64,000 nt of DNA from an uncultured Candidatus Saccharibacteria bacterium. GTDB taxonomy: Bacteria > Patescibacteriota > Saccharimonadia > Saccharimonadales > JACDBH01. The stretch spans positions 25,149-89,148 of the forward strand of contig CAZBAF010000001.1 in the NCBI GenBank assembly GCA_964490245.1. Direction: 5' to 3'. The translations under genes were made by a program, and so were the position numbers. The notes beneath the pieces are model-generated. The model did no database searches. It was not told where the DNA came from and saw only the letters and a list, made by a program, of their open reading frames with translations. Positions 37,220-49,616 of the stretch are shown here, piece by piece (positions within the stretch are counted from its first letter, which is position 1; each line of letters starts with the position of its first letter).

Positions 37220-38503
37220 ATGCACATAACTCGCAACAATCTCGAACCAACCAAAGTCAAACTGGTCGTTAGCGCAGGCGCTGACGAGCTTAGTAAGGTA
37301 AAGGCGCAGGTGCTGAAAAAGCTGGCTCACGGCGTCAAGGTGCCGGGCTTTCGTGCCGGACATGTGCCGGCTGCAGTCGTAGAAAAGCATGTCGATCAGA
37401 ACATGCTGCAGGCTGAGGTGATTGAAGAAACATTGAACCGCCTGTACGCTGCCGCGGTCCGCCAGGAGGATCTGCGTCCGGTGACCAACCCGGAAGTCTC
37501 AATTAAAAAGTTTGTGCCTTTCACCGAGCTGGAGGCAGAAATGGAACTGCCGGTGGTGGGTGCTATTAAACTGGCTGACTACAAAAAGATCAAACTTGCC
37601 AAAAAAGAAGTCAAGGTAGAGGACAAGGATATCGACGAAGTCATCGAATCGCTTAAGCAGCGCGCTGCCGCCCGGACAGAAGTGACGCGGGCTGCCAAAT
37701 CCGGCGACCAGCTGACCATTGATTTTAAGGGCACAGATAGTAAGGGTCAGCCGGTGAACGGCGCAGATGGCAACGATTATCCGCTGGTTTTGGGCAGTAA
37801 TACGTTTATTCCGGGTTTTGAAGACAATCTGATTGGCGCCAAGCCGGGCGACACCAGGACATTTACCGTCACATTCCCGAAAGATTATGGCGTTAAGGCA
37901 CTGCAGAACAAGAAAGTCACCTTTGAAGTCAGCGTCAAGCAGGTTGCCGAGCTGGTCGCCCCAGAGGTGGACGATAATTTTGCGGCGGCCGTCGGGCCGT
38001 TCAAGTCGCTTGATGAGCTGAAGGCGGATATCAAAAAGCAGCTGGAGATGGAGCGCCAGCGCGAGACAGATCGCGCCTTCGAGAACGAGCTGCTTGAGAA
38101 AATCGCCGACAAATCTTCTGTCGAACTGCCGGATGTACTGATCGATCAGCAAATTGACCGCATCGAGCAAGAAGAAAAGCAGAATCTGGCCTACCGCGGC
38201 CAGACCTGGGAAGAGCACCTCAAAGAAGAGGGCGTTACCGCTGACGAGCACCGCGACCAAAAACGTGCCGCTGCCGAGCAGCGTGTCAAAGCAAGCATTC
38301 TGCTGACCGAAATTGCCGAAAAAGAAGGCGTACAGGTAAGCGAAGAAGAACTGCAGGCCCGGCTCGAGCTGCTGCGGCAGCAGTATCGTGATCCGGCTAT
38401 GCAGACCGAACTGGATAAACCTGAAGTCAGGCGTGATATCGGTGGGCGTATCATGGCCGAGAAGACACTGGAAAAGTTAACTGCCTATGCAGGAGCCAAA
38501 TAA
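37220..38503 (+). CDS. tig: trigger factor
   Basis: 427 aa. N-terminal ribosome-binding region with GFRAGHVP, an FKBP-type middle domain and a helical C-terminus. Confidence 0.93.
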   Translation: MHITRNNLEPTKVKLVVSAGADELSKVKAQVLKKLAHGVKVPGFRAGHVPAAVVEKHVDQNMLQAEVIEETLNRLYAAAVRQEDLRPVTNPEVSIKKFVPFTELEAEMELPVVGAIKLADYKKIKLAKKEVKVEDKDIDEVIESLKQRAAARTEVTRAAKSGDQLTIDFKGTDSKGQPVNGADGNDYPLVLGSNTFIPGFEDNLIGAKPGDTRTFTVTFPKDYGVKALQNKKVTFEVSVKQVAELVAPEVDDNFAAAVGPFKSLDELKADIKKQLEMERQRETDRAFENELLEKIADKSSVELPDVLIDQQIDRIEQEEKQNLAYRGQTWEEHLKEEGVTADEHRDQKRAAAEQRVKASILLTEIAEKEGVQVSEEELQARLELLRQQYRDPAMQTELDKPEVRRDIGGRIMAEKTLEKLTAYAGAK

Positions 38504-38942
38504 GCATCCTCAACTAAGCCAAGAGGTAGGTGTGGTGTCCGCGGATGTGCAATCGCTAGGCGAAGCAGCCGGCTGTTTGTTGAGTGATTTTCCGGGTGTA
38601 GCTGACGAGGTCAAGTCTATTATTGAGTCTGATGCACCGACGGAGGTGAGTGCTTTTCAGCTGGAGGTGCTTCGCTGGGATCTTGAGCGCCGGCGTGACG
38701 AGATTTTTGCCGACGTCGAGCCAGAGGAGCTGTCACCCTGGACACCGGCGTTGCCACAGTCCGTATCCCAGTCCGAACTTATAGACCGCATAACACCGCG
38801 GCAGCTGGCTACGGGCGCCAGCTGCTTGTTCCTGGCCGGTGCTTCGATAGGGCTGGCCAGCGGCGAGTATGACCAGGCCGGCCGGGCCGGTATGATCGCA
38901 GCGTTTTTGTTGGGAATCAGCAGCTTTTTAAAGAAGAATTAG
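38487..38942 (+). CDS. hypothetical protein with C-terminal TM helices
   Basis: 151-aa ORF overlapping the tig end by 17 nt. Acidic N-terminal part; GASCLFLAGASIGLA and MIAAFLLGISSF are hydrophobic. Confidence 0.5.
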   Translation: MQEPNKHPQLSQEVGVVSADVQSLGEAAGCLLSDFPGVADEVKSIIESDAPTEVSAFQLEVLRWDLERRRDEIFADVEPEELSPWTPALPQSVSQSELIDRITPRQLATGASCLFLAGASIGLASGEYDQAGRAGMIAAFLLGISSFLKKN

Positions 38943-38965
38943 CACTCGGGCTTGACGACTGCTAA
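38939..38965 (+). promoter_or_regulatory. CIRCE-like inverted repeat overlapping the clpP promoter
   Basis: TTAGCACTC-gggcttgac-GACTGCTAA (left arm 9/9, right arm 8/9). TTGACG (38952-57)-N17-TACACT (38975-80) is embedded in it. Confidence 0.7.
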
Positions 38966-39071
38966 CTCGCCGCGTACACTGGACTTATCATGTGTTCGGT
39001 TAAGGATTTTGGCTTCAGGCAGCCGGCGCATGCAGCGAATTTAGTGTTTAGAACCAGAAAGGAATAACTCT

Positions 39072-39668
39072 ATGGGTAATCCGACCAGCATTCTTATCCC
39101 CACCGTTATCGAACAGGAGGGCCGTATTGAACGTGCCTATGACATTTACTCACGCCTGTTAAAAGACCGCATTATTTTTATGGGCGAGGATGTTAATCCC
39201 CATACTGCCAACCTGATTGTGGCACAGCTGCTGTTTCTGGATAACGAGTCAAAGGACAAGCCGATTCATCTGTACATCAACAGCCCCGGCGGCAGTGTGT
39301 ACGATGCGCTGGCGATTTATGACACCATGCAGTTTGTCAAACCGGCTGTACATACCTATGGTATTGGCGTGCAGGCCAGCGCGGCTGCCTTTATACTTTC
39401 TTCCGGCGAAAAGGGTAAACGGTTTCTGTTGCCGCACGCTACGGTAATGATCCACCAGCCCAGCAGCGGCACGCGCGGTAAGGTGACTGATCAAGAGATT
39501 GATTTGCGCGAATCACTTCGTGTTAAAAAGCTGCTTGAGAAAATCATGGCTAAAAACACCGGTCAAAAGGTGGAGAAGATCCATGATGATATGGAGCGCG
39601 ACAAATGGCTGACCGCCGCAGAGGCTAAAGAGTACGGTATTGTCGATGAGGTGATTACCGAGCTGTAG
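39072..39668 (+). CDS. clpP: ATP-dependent Clp protease proteolytic subunit
   Basis: 198 aa. [32 protein letters not shown] (Ser), MIHQP (His) and ERD (Asp). Confidence 0.95.
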   Translation: MGNPTSILIPTVIEQEGRIERAYDIYSRLLKDRIIFMGEDVNPHTANLIVAQLLFLDNESKDKPIHLYINSPGGSVYDALAIYDTMQFVKPAVHTYGIGVQASAAAFILSSGEKGKRFLLPHATVMIHQPSSGTRGKVTDQEIDLRESLRVKKLLEKIMAKNTGQKVEKIHDDMERDKWLTAAEAKEYGIVDEVITEL

Positions 39669-40048
39669 CTGCTCTCATGGCTCTTGACTCATGTCCCGTA
39701 ACTCTGTAAACTATACAGTAGAAGTAGTGTAGGTAGCTGCTCGTGATATTTAACGCGTATGAATATCGCCAAAAAGTATGCTCCTAGTGATCCTTCGGCC
39801 GAAACAACTAAAGCGCTAAAACAGATACAAAAGCAGTACAATTTATCAACAGATTCGCAGCTTTTTGCGCTTGAGACAGATTCAGTGCGGTAACACGGAA
39901 TGTATGTAAGCCGTACGTAAGTATCGACTGCATATACCGGTCGGAACCACGCCGAATATGACCAAGAGGCTGCCAGATGGCGGCGGCTTTGCCGGCGACA
40001 TGTCAGCGGGCGCAAAAGTTTGCGACTTAAGTGGGAGTAATTTTGAAT

Positions 40049-43000
40049 ATGGCAAAAGCCAGTACAAAGACCTCTGGCGCGCAGGGTAAGCGCGTATACT
40101 TCACTAAAACGCAGGACATCCTAGATCTGCCAAACCTGGTCGAACACCAGAACCGCTCGTTCGACTGGTTTGTTAAAGACGGCCTGGGCGAGCTGTTGGC
40201 TGAAGTCAGCCCGATTGATGACTATACCGGCGGCAAGCTGAGCCTGCGCTTCAAGGACTACCACTTTGAAGAGCCCAAGATGACCGAGGCCGAAGCCCGC
40301 GAGAATAACGTTTCATTCGATGCGCCGCTGAAGGCAGTTGTCGAACTGACCAACAAGGTCACCGGCGAAGTCAAAGAGCAGGAAATCTATCTGGGTGATT
40401 ACCCATGGATGACCAGCCGCGGCACGTTCATTATTAACGGTGCCGAGCGTGTCGTGGTCAGTCAGCTGATCCGTTCAGCCGGTGTATTCTTTACGGCTGA
40501 TGCTCACGGCGGTGCGTTCCAGTATGGCGCAAAGGTTATCCCGGGCCGCGGTGCATGGCTCGAGTTTGAGACCGCCAACAACGGTGCGCTGTACGTCAAG
40601 ATTGACCGCAAGCGCAAAATCCCGGTTACTACATTGCTGAAGGCACTTGGCATGACCGAAAGCCAAATCAAGGATGCTTTCAAGCATGTTGACCAGGGCA
40701 AAACCAGTCATATCGGCATCACGCTCGAGAAAGATCCCAGCAAGGGCTCGTCAGAAGCGCTGATCGAGGTATACCGCCGTTTGCGTCCCGGTGATCTGGC
40801 GACTGTTGATAACGCCCGCTCACTGCTGGAAAACATGTTCTATAACTACAAGCGCTTTGACTTCTCCCGCGTTGGTCGCTACAAGATCAACAAGCGTCTT
40901 AATCTGGATGTGCCTAACACTGCCGAAAACCGCATTATGCGGCTGGAGGACCTGATTGCCATCATTGCCGAAATTATTCGTCTTAACAATACGCAGGAGC
41001 CTGCCGATGACATTGACAGCCTTGCCAACCGCCGCGTTAAGCTGGTTGGCGAGCTGGTGCAGCGTCAGTTCCGCATTGGCCTGCTGCGCATGGAGCGCAA
41101 CGCCAAAGACCGTATGTCCATGTCAGAAATCGAAACCGTTACCCCTGGCCAGCTGATCAACGCCCGTCCGGTGGTTGCCGCTGTTCGCGAGTTCTTTGCC
41201 AGCTCACAGCTGAGCCAGTTCATGGACCAGATCAACCCGCTTTCTGAGCTGGCCCACAAGCGTCGCCTCAGTTCGATGGGCCCCGGCGGCCTGTCGCGTG
41301 AGCGCGCCGGCTTTGAGGTTCGTGACGCCCACGCCACTCACTACGGGCGTATCTGTCCGGTAGAAACGCCTGAAGGCGCCAACATCGGCCTGGTATTGAA
41401 CCTGGCTGCCTATGCCCGTATCAATGATTACGGCTTTATTGAGACGCCTTATCTTAAGGTTGTCAATGCGGTGACTGCCAAAGAGGCCGCCGGCCATATT
41501 GCCCGCGCTGATCTGGAGGATGAAAACGGCAAAGTCATCGTTAAGAAAGGTAAGACCATCAGCAAAGAAGACGCTGCCCGTCTTGCCAAAGTCAAAAACC
41601 AGGCCACCTGGCCGGTTAAGGCAAAGGTAACAGACGAGGTTGTCTATCTGGATGCTGCCGAAGAAGAAAAGACCATCATTGCCGGTTCTGACAGCGAATA
41701 CGACGAAAACGGCTATTTTGTAAATGAGCGTGTCTCGGCCCGCCGCTATCTGCAATCCGGTGAGGTTGATGCCGATGATGTTGCCTACATCGATGCTGCC
41801 CGCCGTCAGGTTATCGGCAGCAGCGCCGGTCTGATTCCGTTTATTGAGAAGAACTTCGTGTACCGAAGCCTCATGGGCAGCAACCAGCAGCGCCAGGCGG
41901 TGCCGCTGATCAGCCCCTCAAGTCCGATTGTCGGTACCGGTATGGAGAGCGTGGCTGCGCGCAACACCGGACAGCTTATTGTGGCCGAGGCAGACGGTGA
42001 GGTTATTGCTAGTACTGGTGCCGAAGTCAAGGTCAAATACAAGGAAGGCACCGTTACCTACACGCCAAGTCACTTTATTCGTTCAAACGAAGGTACCAGC
42101 ATCAACCAGAAGGTAGTGGTGAATACTGGTGACAAGGTTAAGAAGGGTGATGTCCTGATTGAAGGCATGTCCATCGAGGCCGGCGAGCTGGCTCTCGGAA
42201 AAGACCTGCTGGTGGCATTCATGCCCTGGAGCGGCTATAACTTTGAAGATGCGATTATTATTTCGCGCAAACTTGTCGAAGACGATACGCTGACCAGCAT
42301 TAACATTGTTGACTACATGACAGAGGTTCGTGAGACCAAGCTGGGCCCCGAAATCGTGACCCGCGACATTCCTAACGTCTCTGAGGACGCACTACGTCAT
42401 CTGGACGAAGAAGGTATTGTCCGCATCGGTGCCGAGGTGCACCCCGGCGATATCCTGGTTGGTAAAATCACACCAAAGGGCGAACAAGAACTCAGCTCTG
42501 AAGAGCGCCTGCTGCGTGCCATCTTCGGCGAAAAGGCCAAAGAAGTGCGCGATACATCACAGCGCATGAGCAACGGCAAGCACGGCAAAGTGGTCGGTGT
42601 GAAGATCTTCAGCCGCGCCAATGGCCATGAGCTCAAAGCCGGAGTCATCATGCAGATCCAGGTCTTTGTGGCCCAGATGCGCAAGATTCAGGTCGGCGAC
42701 AAGCTGGGTGGCCGCCACGGAAACAAGGGTGTTATTGCCCGGATTCTTCCGGTCGAGGACATGCCGTTTACCGAAGACGGAACACCAATTGACATCATCC
42801 TCAACCCGCTTGGTATCCCGTCCCGTATGAACATCGGTCAGCTGTTTGAGGCTCACCTGGGTATGGCAGCCCGTGCACTTGGCTATAAAGTAGCCAGCCC
42901 GTCATTTAACGGTGTACCGATCGAAAAGATTCAGGACTTACTGGAAGAGGCCAACCTGCCGCGCGACGGCAAACAGCAACTGTATGACGGCCGTACCGGC

Positions 43001-43624
43001 GAAGGCTTCAAGGAGCGCACAACAGTCGGATCAATGTATATGATCAAGCTCAACCACATGGTGACAGACAAGATTCATGCCCGCTCGACCGGTCCGTACA
43101 CCATGGTTACCCAACAGCCGCTGGGCGGTAAGGCACAGAACGGTGGCCAGCGCTTTGGCGAAATGGAAGTCTGGGCGCTTGAGGCATACGGCGCCAGCAA
43201 CACTTTGCAGGAAATGCTGACAATCAAGTCTGATGACGTCTACGGCCGTTCAAAGGCGTATGAGTCGATCATTAAGGGCACCGAGATTGTCGGGCCTAAG
43301 GTTCCGGAAAGCTTTAACGTGCTTGTTAAAGAGCTGCAGGGCTTAGGTCTTAAGGTTGACCTGCTTGATACCACCGCTAACAAAACCGTTGATGCCGAAG
43401 AGATTCTGGCCAGCAATATCAAGCACGAGGCCGCCAACACTTCGGAAGTCGAGGTATTCGAGAATGATGTCGCAACTGTCGATGTCAGCGAAGAATCTAT
43501 TGAAAACGAATTCATGACCGTCGGTGACGCAGATGATGAGTCGAGCGATGACGCGGTCATGGTGTCCACAGGCGATGATGAGGTTGTCGCCACCCAAGAT
43601 GAAGAAGAGGAGGCAAACGTATGA
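40049..43624 (+). CDS. rpoB: DNA-directed RNA polymerase subunit beta, with ~80-aa acidic C-terminal tail
   Basis: GGGAG Shine-Dalgarno 12 nt before ATG 40049. Motifs GTFIINGAERVVVSQL, NPLSELAHKRRLS, RHGNKGV and GGQRFGEMEVWALEAYGA. The tail reads ...GDADDESSDDAVMVSTGDDEVVATQDEEEEANV. Confidence 0.97.
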   Translation: MAKASTKTSGAQGKRVYFTKTQDILDLPNLVEHQNRSFDWFVKDGLGELLAEVSPIDDYTGGKLSLRFKDYHFEEPKMTEAEARENNVSFDAPLKAVVELTNKVTGEVKEQEIYLGDYPWMTSRGTFIINGAERVVVSQLIRSAGVFFTADAHGGAFQYGAKVIPGRGAWLEFETANNGALYVKIDRKRKIPVTTLLKALGMTESQIKDAFKHVDQGKTSHIGITLEKDPSKGSSEALIEVYRRLRPGDLATVDNARSLLENMFYNYKRFDFSRVGRYKINKRLNLDVPNTAENRIMRLEDLIAIIAEIIRLNNTQEPADDIDSLANRRVKLVGELVQRQFRIGLLRMERNAKDRMSMSEIETVTPGQLINARPVVAAVREFFASSQLSQFMDQINPLSELAHKRRLSSMGPGGLSRERAGFEVRDAHATHYGRICPVETPEGANIGLVLNLAAYARINDYGFIETPYLKVVNAVTAKEAAGHIARADLEDENGKVIVKKGKTISKEDAARLAKVKNQATWPVKAKVTDEVVYLDAAEEEKTIIAGSDSEYDENGYFVNERVSARRYLQSGEVDADDVAYIDAARRQVIGSSAGLIPFIEKNFVYRSLMGSNQQRQAVPLISPSSPIVGTGMESVAARNTGQLIVAEADGEVIASTGAEVKVKYKEGTVTYTPSHFIRSNEGTSINQKVVVNTGDKVKKGDVLIEGMSIEAGELALGKDLLVAFMPWSGYNFEDAIIISRKLVEDDTLTSINIVDYMTEVRETKLGPEIVTRDIPNVSEDALRHLDEEGIVRIGAEVHPGDILVGKITPKGEQELSSEERLLRAIFGEKAKEVRDTSQRMSNGKHGKVVGVKIFSRANGHELKAGVIMQIQVFVAQMRKIQVGDKLGGRHGNKGVIARILPVEDMPFTEDGTPIDIILNPLGIPSRMNIGQLFEAHLGMAARALGYKVASPSFNGVPIEKIQDLLEEANLPRDGKQQLYDGRTGEGFKERTTVGSMYMIKLNHMVTDKIHARSTGPYTMVTQQPLGGKAQNGGQRFGEMEVWALEAYGASNTLQEMLTIKSDDVYGRSKAYESIIKGTEIVGPKVPESFNVLVKELQGLGLKVDLLDTTANKTVDAEEILASNIKHEAANTSEVEVFENDVATVDVSEESIENEFMTVGDADDESSDDAVMVSTGDDEVVATQDEEEEANV

Positions 43625-43745
43625 TTTGCATGAAGCTAAGGGAAAAGAGCAGCCAGAGCGGCGATTCATTCGACGCCCTGCGCGTTGAGAAAAACCGTAG
43701 GTTTGTCTCAAAAGGCGAAGCCGTCAAAATAGAGGAGGAAGCGTA

Positions 43746-47579
<3,834 letters not shown>

Positions 47580-47608
47580 GGTCTCTATTAAACAAAAACC
47601 CTACGAAG

Positions 47609-47635
47609 AGGCGCCCTTACCGGGCGCTTTTTCTT
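47609..47635 (+). terminator. rho-independent terminator after rpoC
   Basis: GCGCCC-ttacc-GGGCGC followed by TTTTTCTTTT. Confidence 0.85.
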
Positions 47636-47917
47636 TTACCCTCTAACAACAGGTTTCATTTTTTGTGTCCAAAAAACCAGCTTTTTCATGAGTTTGCAAC
47701 CAGTGTGCTTCATCAGTTTTTACAAAACCGAGAGAAGGGCAGAAGCCCGCTAGGGGGGACGTTCTTCGCCGCCTGTTCCGACCACTATCTACTGCCTGCC
47801 AACTGCTTAGTCAACCCTCTCTCCGCACTTCTAGCTCTCAACCTCTACCACTTCCGACCGCTCAGATTCCTCTCATGCTTGCAATAAGTGATAAATTGAC
47901 ATAACGTTAACATAATT

Positions 47918-48508
47918 ATGATACAAAGCTACCCTGTTAGCTATCGGTTGGATAATAGTAATGAAGTCCTTGAGGCCTTAAGCTACGACCCGATGACTGC
48001 CATTACCGAAATTCAGACTGAGCTCGCTTTGACTGACTGCGGTTTAGCGATTATTGCTGCAGCAGATTTGCTCACAACTGGCATTCAGGATCGAGCAGAG
48101 CTATACAAGCACAACGCTTTTACCACTGCAGGCATCATAGCCTGCGGTGCCTTTATGGAATCGGATGCCCCAGCTGAACTTCGTAACCACACGCTCTCTG
48201 CTTTATCTATGCGAAGCGCCCCCATTAACCTGCTCTCAGATAAGTCAGAGGAAACGCTAAGGGCTTTTGAGGAGCTGTCGGATAATGGCCACGCCGCACA
48301 TCCGGAGTTTGGGCCACATACGAGGATTGTCGTGGAATACTATACAGAGGTCACGCAAAATACGGCAATCGGAAGATGCGCTTTCTTGGGCGCAGGATAT
48401 ACGCTCTATCAGCTTGACCGGGCTTGGGATAGGGCGCGGGATGTCGGCATTGATAAAATTGTCAAAGAAGAAACAGCCAAAGCCGACTGGGACAAGTTGC
48501 TGCAATAA
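47918..48508 (+). CDS. hypothetical protein
   Basis: 196-aa ORF and the first gene of the island. No motif recognised. Confidence 0.5.
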   Translation: MIQSYPVSYRLDNSNEVLEALSYDPMTAITEIQTELALTDCGLAIIAAADLLTTGIQDRAELYKHNAFTTAGIIACGAFMESDAPAELRNHTLSALSMRSAPINLLSDKSEETLRAFEELSDNGHAAHPEFGPHTRIVVEYYTEVTQNTAIGRCAFLGAGYTLYQLDRAWDRARDVGIDKIVKEETAKADWDKLLQ

Positions 48509-48582
48509 AGCTGTGCGGCCCATGCCCATAAGCTTGGCGATCTAAATAAAGACAGAGTAGTATAACTCATGGAGGGTTGTGT

Positions 48583-48883
48583 ATGGGCGATCTGGTAAAG
48601 CTACAGCAGAAGGTAGTGGCATTCAGAGATGCACGCGAATGGAAACAGTTCCGGATATAGCTCTGTCGCTCGTGCTGGGGCCGCGGAGGTACTGGAGCAC
48701 TTCCAATGGAAATCACCGGATGAGATAGAAAGGTATCTGGAGTCAAATAGACAAGACTTCGCCGACAAGCTGATAGATGTGTTGTAGTGGGTACTTGTCA
48801 TGGCTCATGACTTCGATATTGATATACACCGAGTTATAAACTATGCAAACAGCAGTCATTATCAAGCCAAACGCAAAGCATAA
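48583..48883 (+). pseudogene. decayed MazG-like nucleotide pyrophosphohydrolase
   Basis: A GGAGGG Shine-Dalgarno precedes ATG 48583, which gives MGDLVKLQQKVVAFRDAREWKQFRI*. MazG-like sequence continues in two other frames: DIALSLVLG, then AAEVLEHFQWKSPDEIERYLESNRQDFADKLIDVL*WVLVMAHDFDIDI. This implies frameshifts near 48650-54 and 48677-81 plus an in-frame TAG at 48785-87. Confidence 0.7.
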
Positions 48884-49067
48884 GGAAGAAGTGATTCAGG
48901 CTGATGACGGCAGTCTGGTTGTTTATACCAAAGCGCCGGCAATCGAGGGCAAGGCAAATCAGGCAGCAATTGAGCTGCTTGCCAAGCATTACGGCGTCAG
49001 CAAAAGCCAAATACAACTCCTCCGCGGCCACACGTCCAAAAGAAAAATTTTCAAGATAAATATGTAG
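48843..49067 (+). CDS. DUF167 (YggU-like) family protein
   Basis: 74 aa: IIKPNAKHKEEV...LVVYTKAPAIEGKANQAAIELLAKHYGVSKSQIQLLRGHTSKRKIFKI, matching the DUF167 pattern. Confidence 0.75.
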   Translation: MQTAVIIKPNAKHKEEVIQADDGSLVVYTKAPAIEGKANQAAIELLAKHYGVSKSQIQLLRGHTSKRKIFKINM

Positions 49068-49185
49068 CACTCACCGCGTCAGCCAAGAATGTGACTTATA
49101 TAATTAATGCCAAAAGTGCTTGATTTTGGGTTTAAATGAGCGTATTATCCCATGTTCGCCTGTAAGCGAACCCAGAAAGAGGACT

Positions 49186-49566
49186 ATGTCTTTATTAAAT
49201 AAGTATCAAGAAATCAAAAACAATCCACGCGCTGGCGGTTACAGCGATATCCGCATGTGGCCCTGCTATGTGGCACTTTGTTTGAGTACCCTATTTTTCG
49301 CGCAGTGGTTGGGGTTGTTTTGGAGCTTTACCGTTATAGGTTTGCCAGTATTTGCTATTAGCTTACTGGCTGTAGGCATACATAAGCCAGAGAAAGCACC
49401 CATCAAATCCTGGAAGATGTACGAAGCTATCGAGCAAAAGAATAGGGAATTTGAACGCAGTAATTACCTATTACGCCGCAACATGAAGATTATCCAAGAA
49501 GACGAGCGGATCGTGCGCCAGCTCAAGAAGGCAGACCGCGTCCACCGAAACGCACGCAGCGCCTAG
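49186..49566 (+). CDS. small membrane protein, hypothetical
   Basis: AAAGAGGA Shine-Dalgarno before ATG 49186. Two TM helices, then a basic helical tail. Confidence 0.55.
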   Translation: MSLLNKYQEIKNNPRAGGYSDIRMWPCYVALCLSTLFFAQWLGLFWSFTVIGLPVFAISLLAVGIHKPEKAPIKSWKMYEAIEQKNREFERSNYLLRRNMKIIQEDERIVRQLKKADRVHRNARSA

Positions 49567-49616
49567 CGGATGGTATGTAAAGATAGTAGAATATGGCTAA
49601 AGATTAGGAGCAAATT

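Noticed and set aside
39759-39893. 44-codon ORF (MNIAKKYAPSDPSAETTKALKQIQKQYNLSTDSQLFALETDSVR) in the rpoB leader.
   Set aside because: No Shine-Dalgarno, no conservation evidence available, and below the size at which I can judge coding potential by eye.
47663-47887. 74-aa ORF at the left edge of the island. It includes a strongly C-rich, G-poor stretch (about 47761-47880, roughly 12% G by hand count).
   Set aside because: It has no Shine-Dalgarno, an odd composition and no recognisable motif. I noted the strand-asymmetric C-rich tract but could not tie it to any function, so it is not called as a gene or element.
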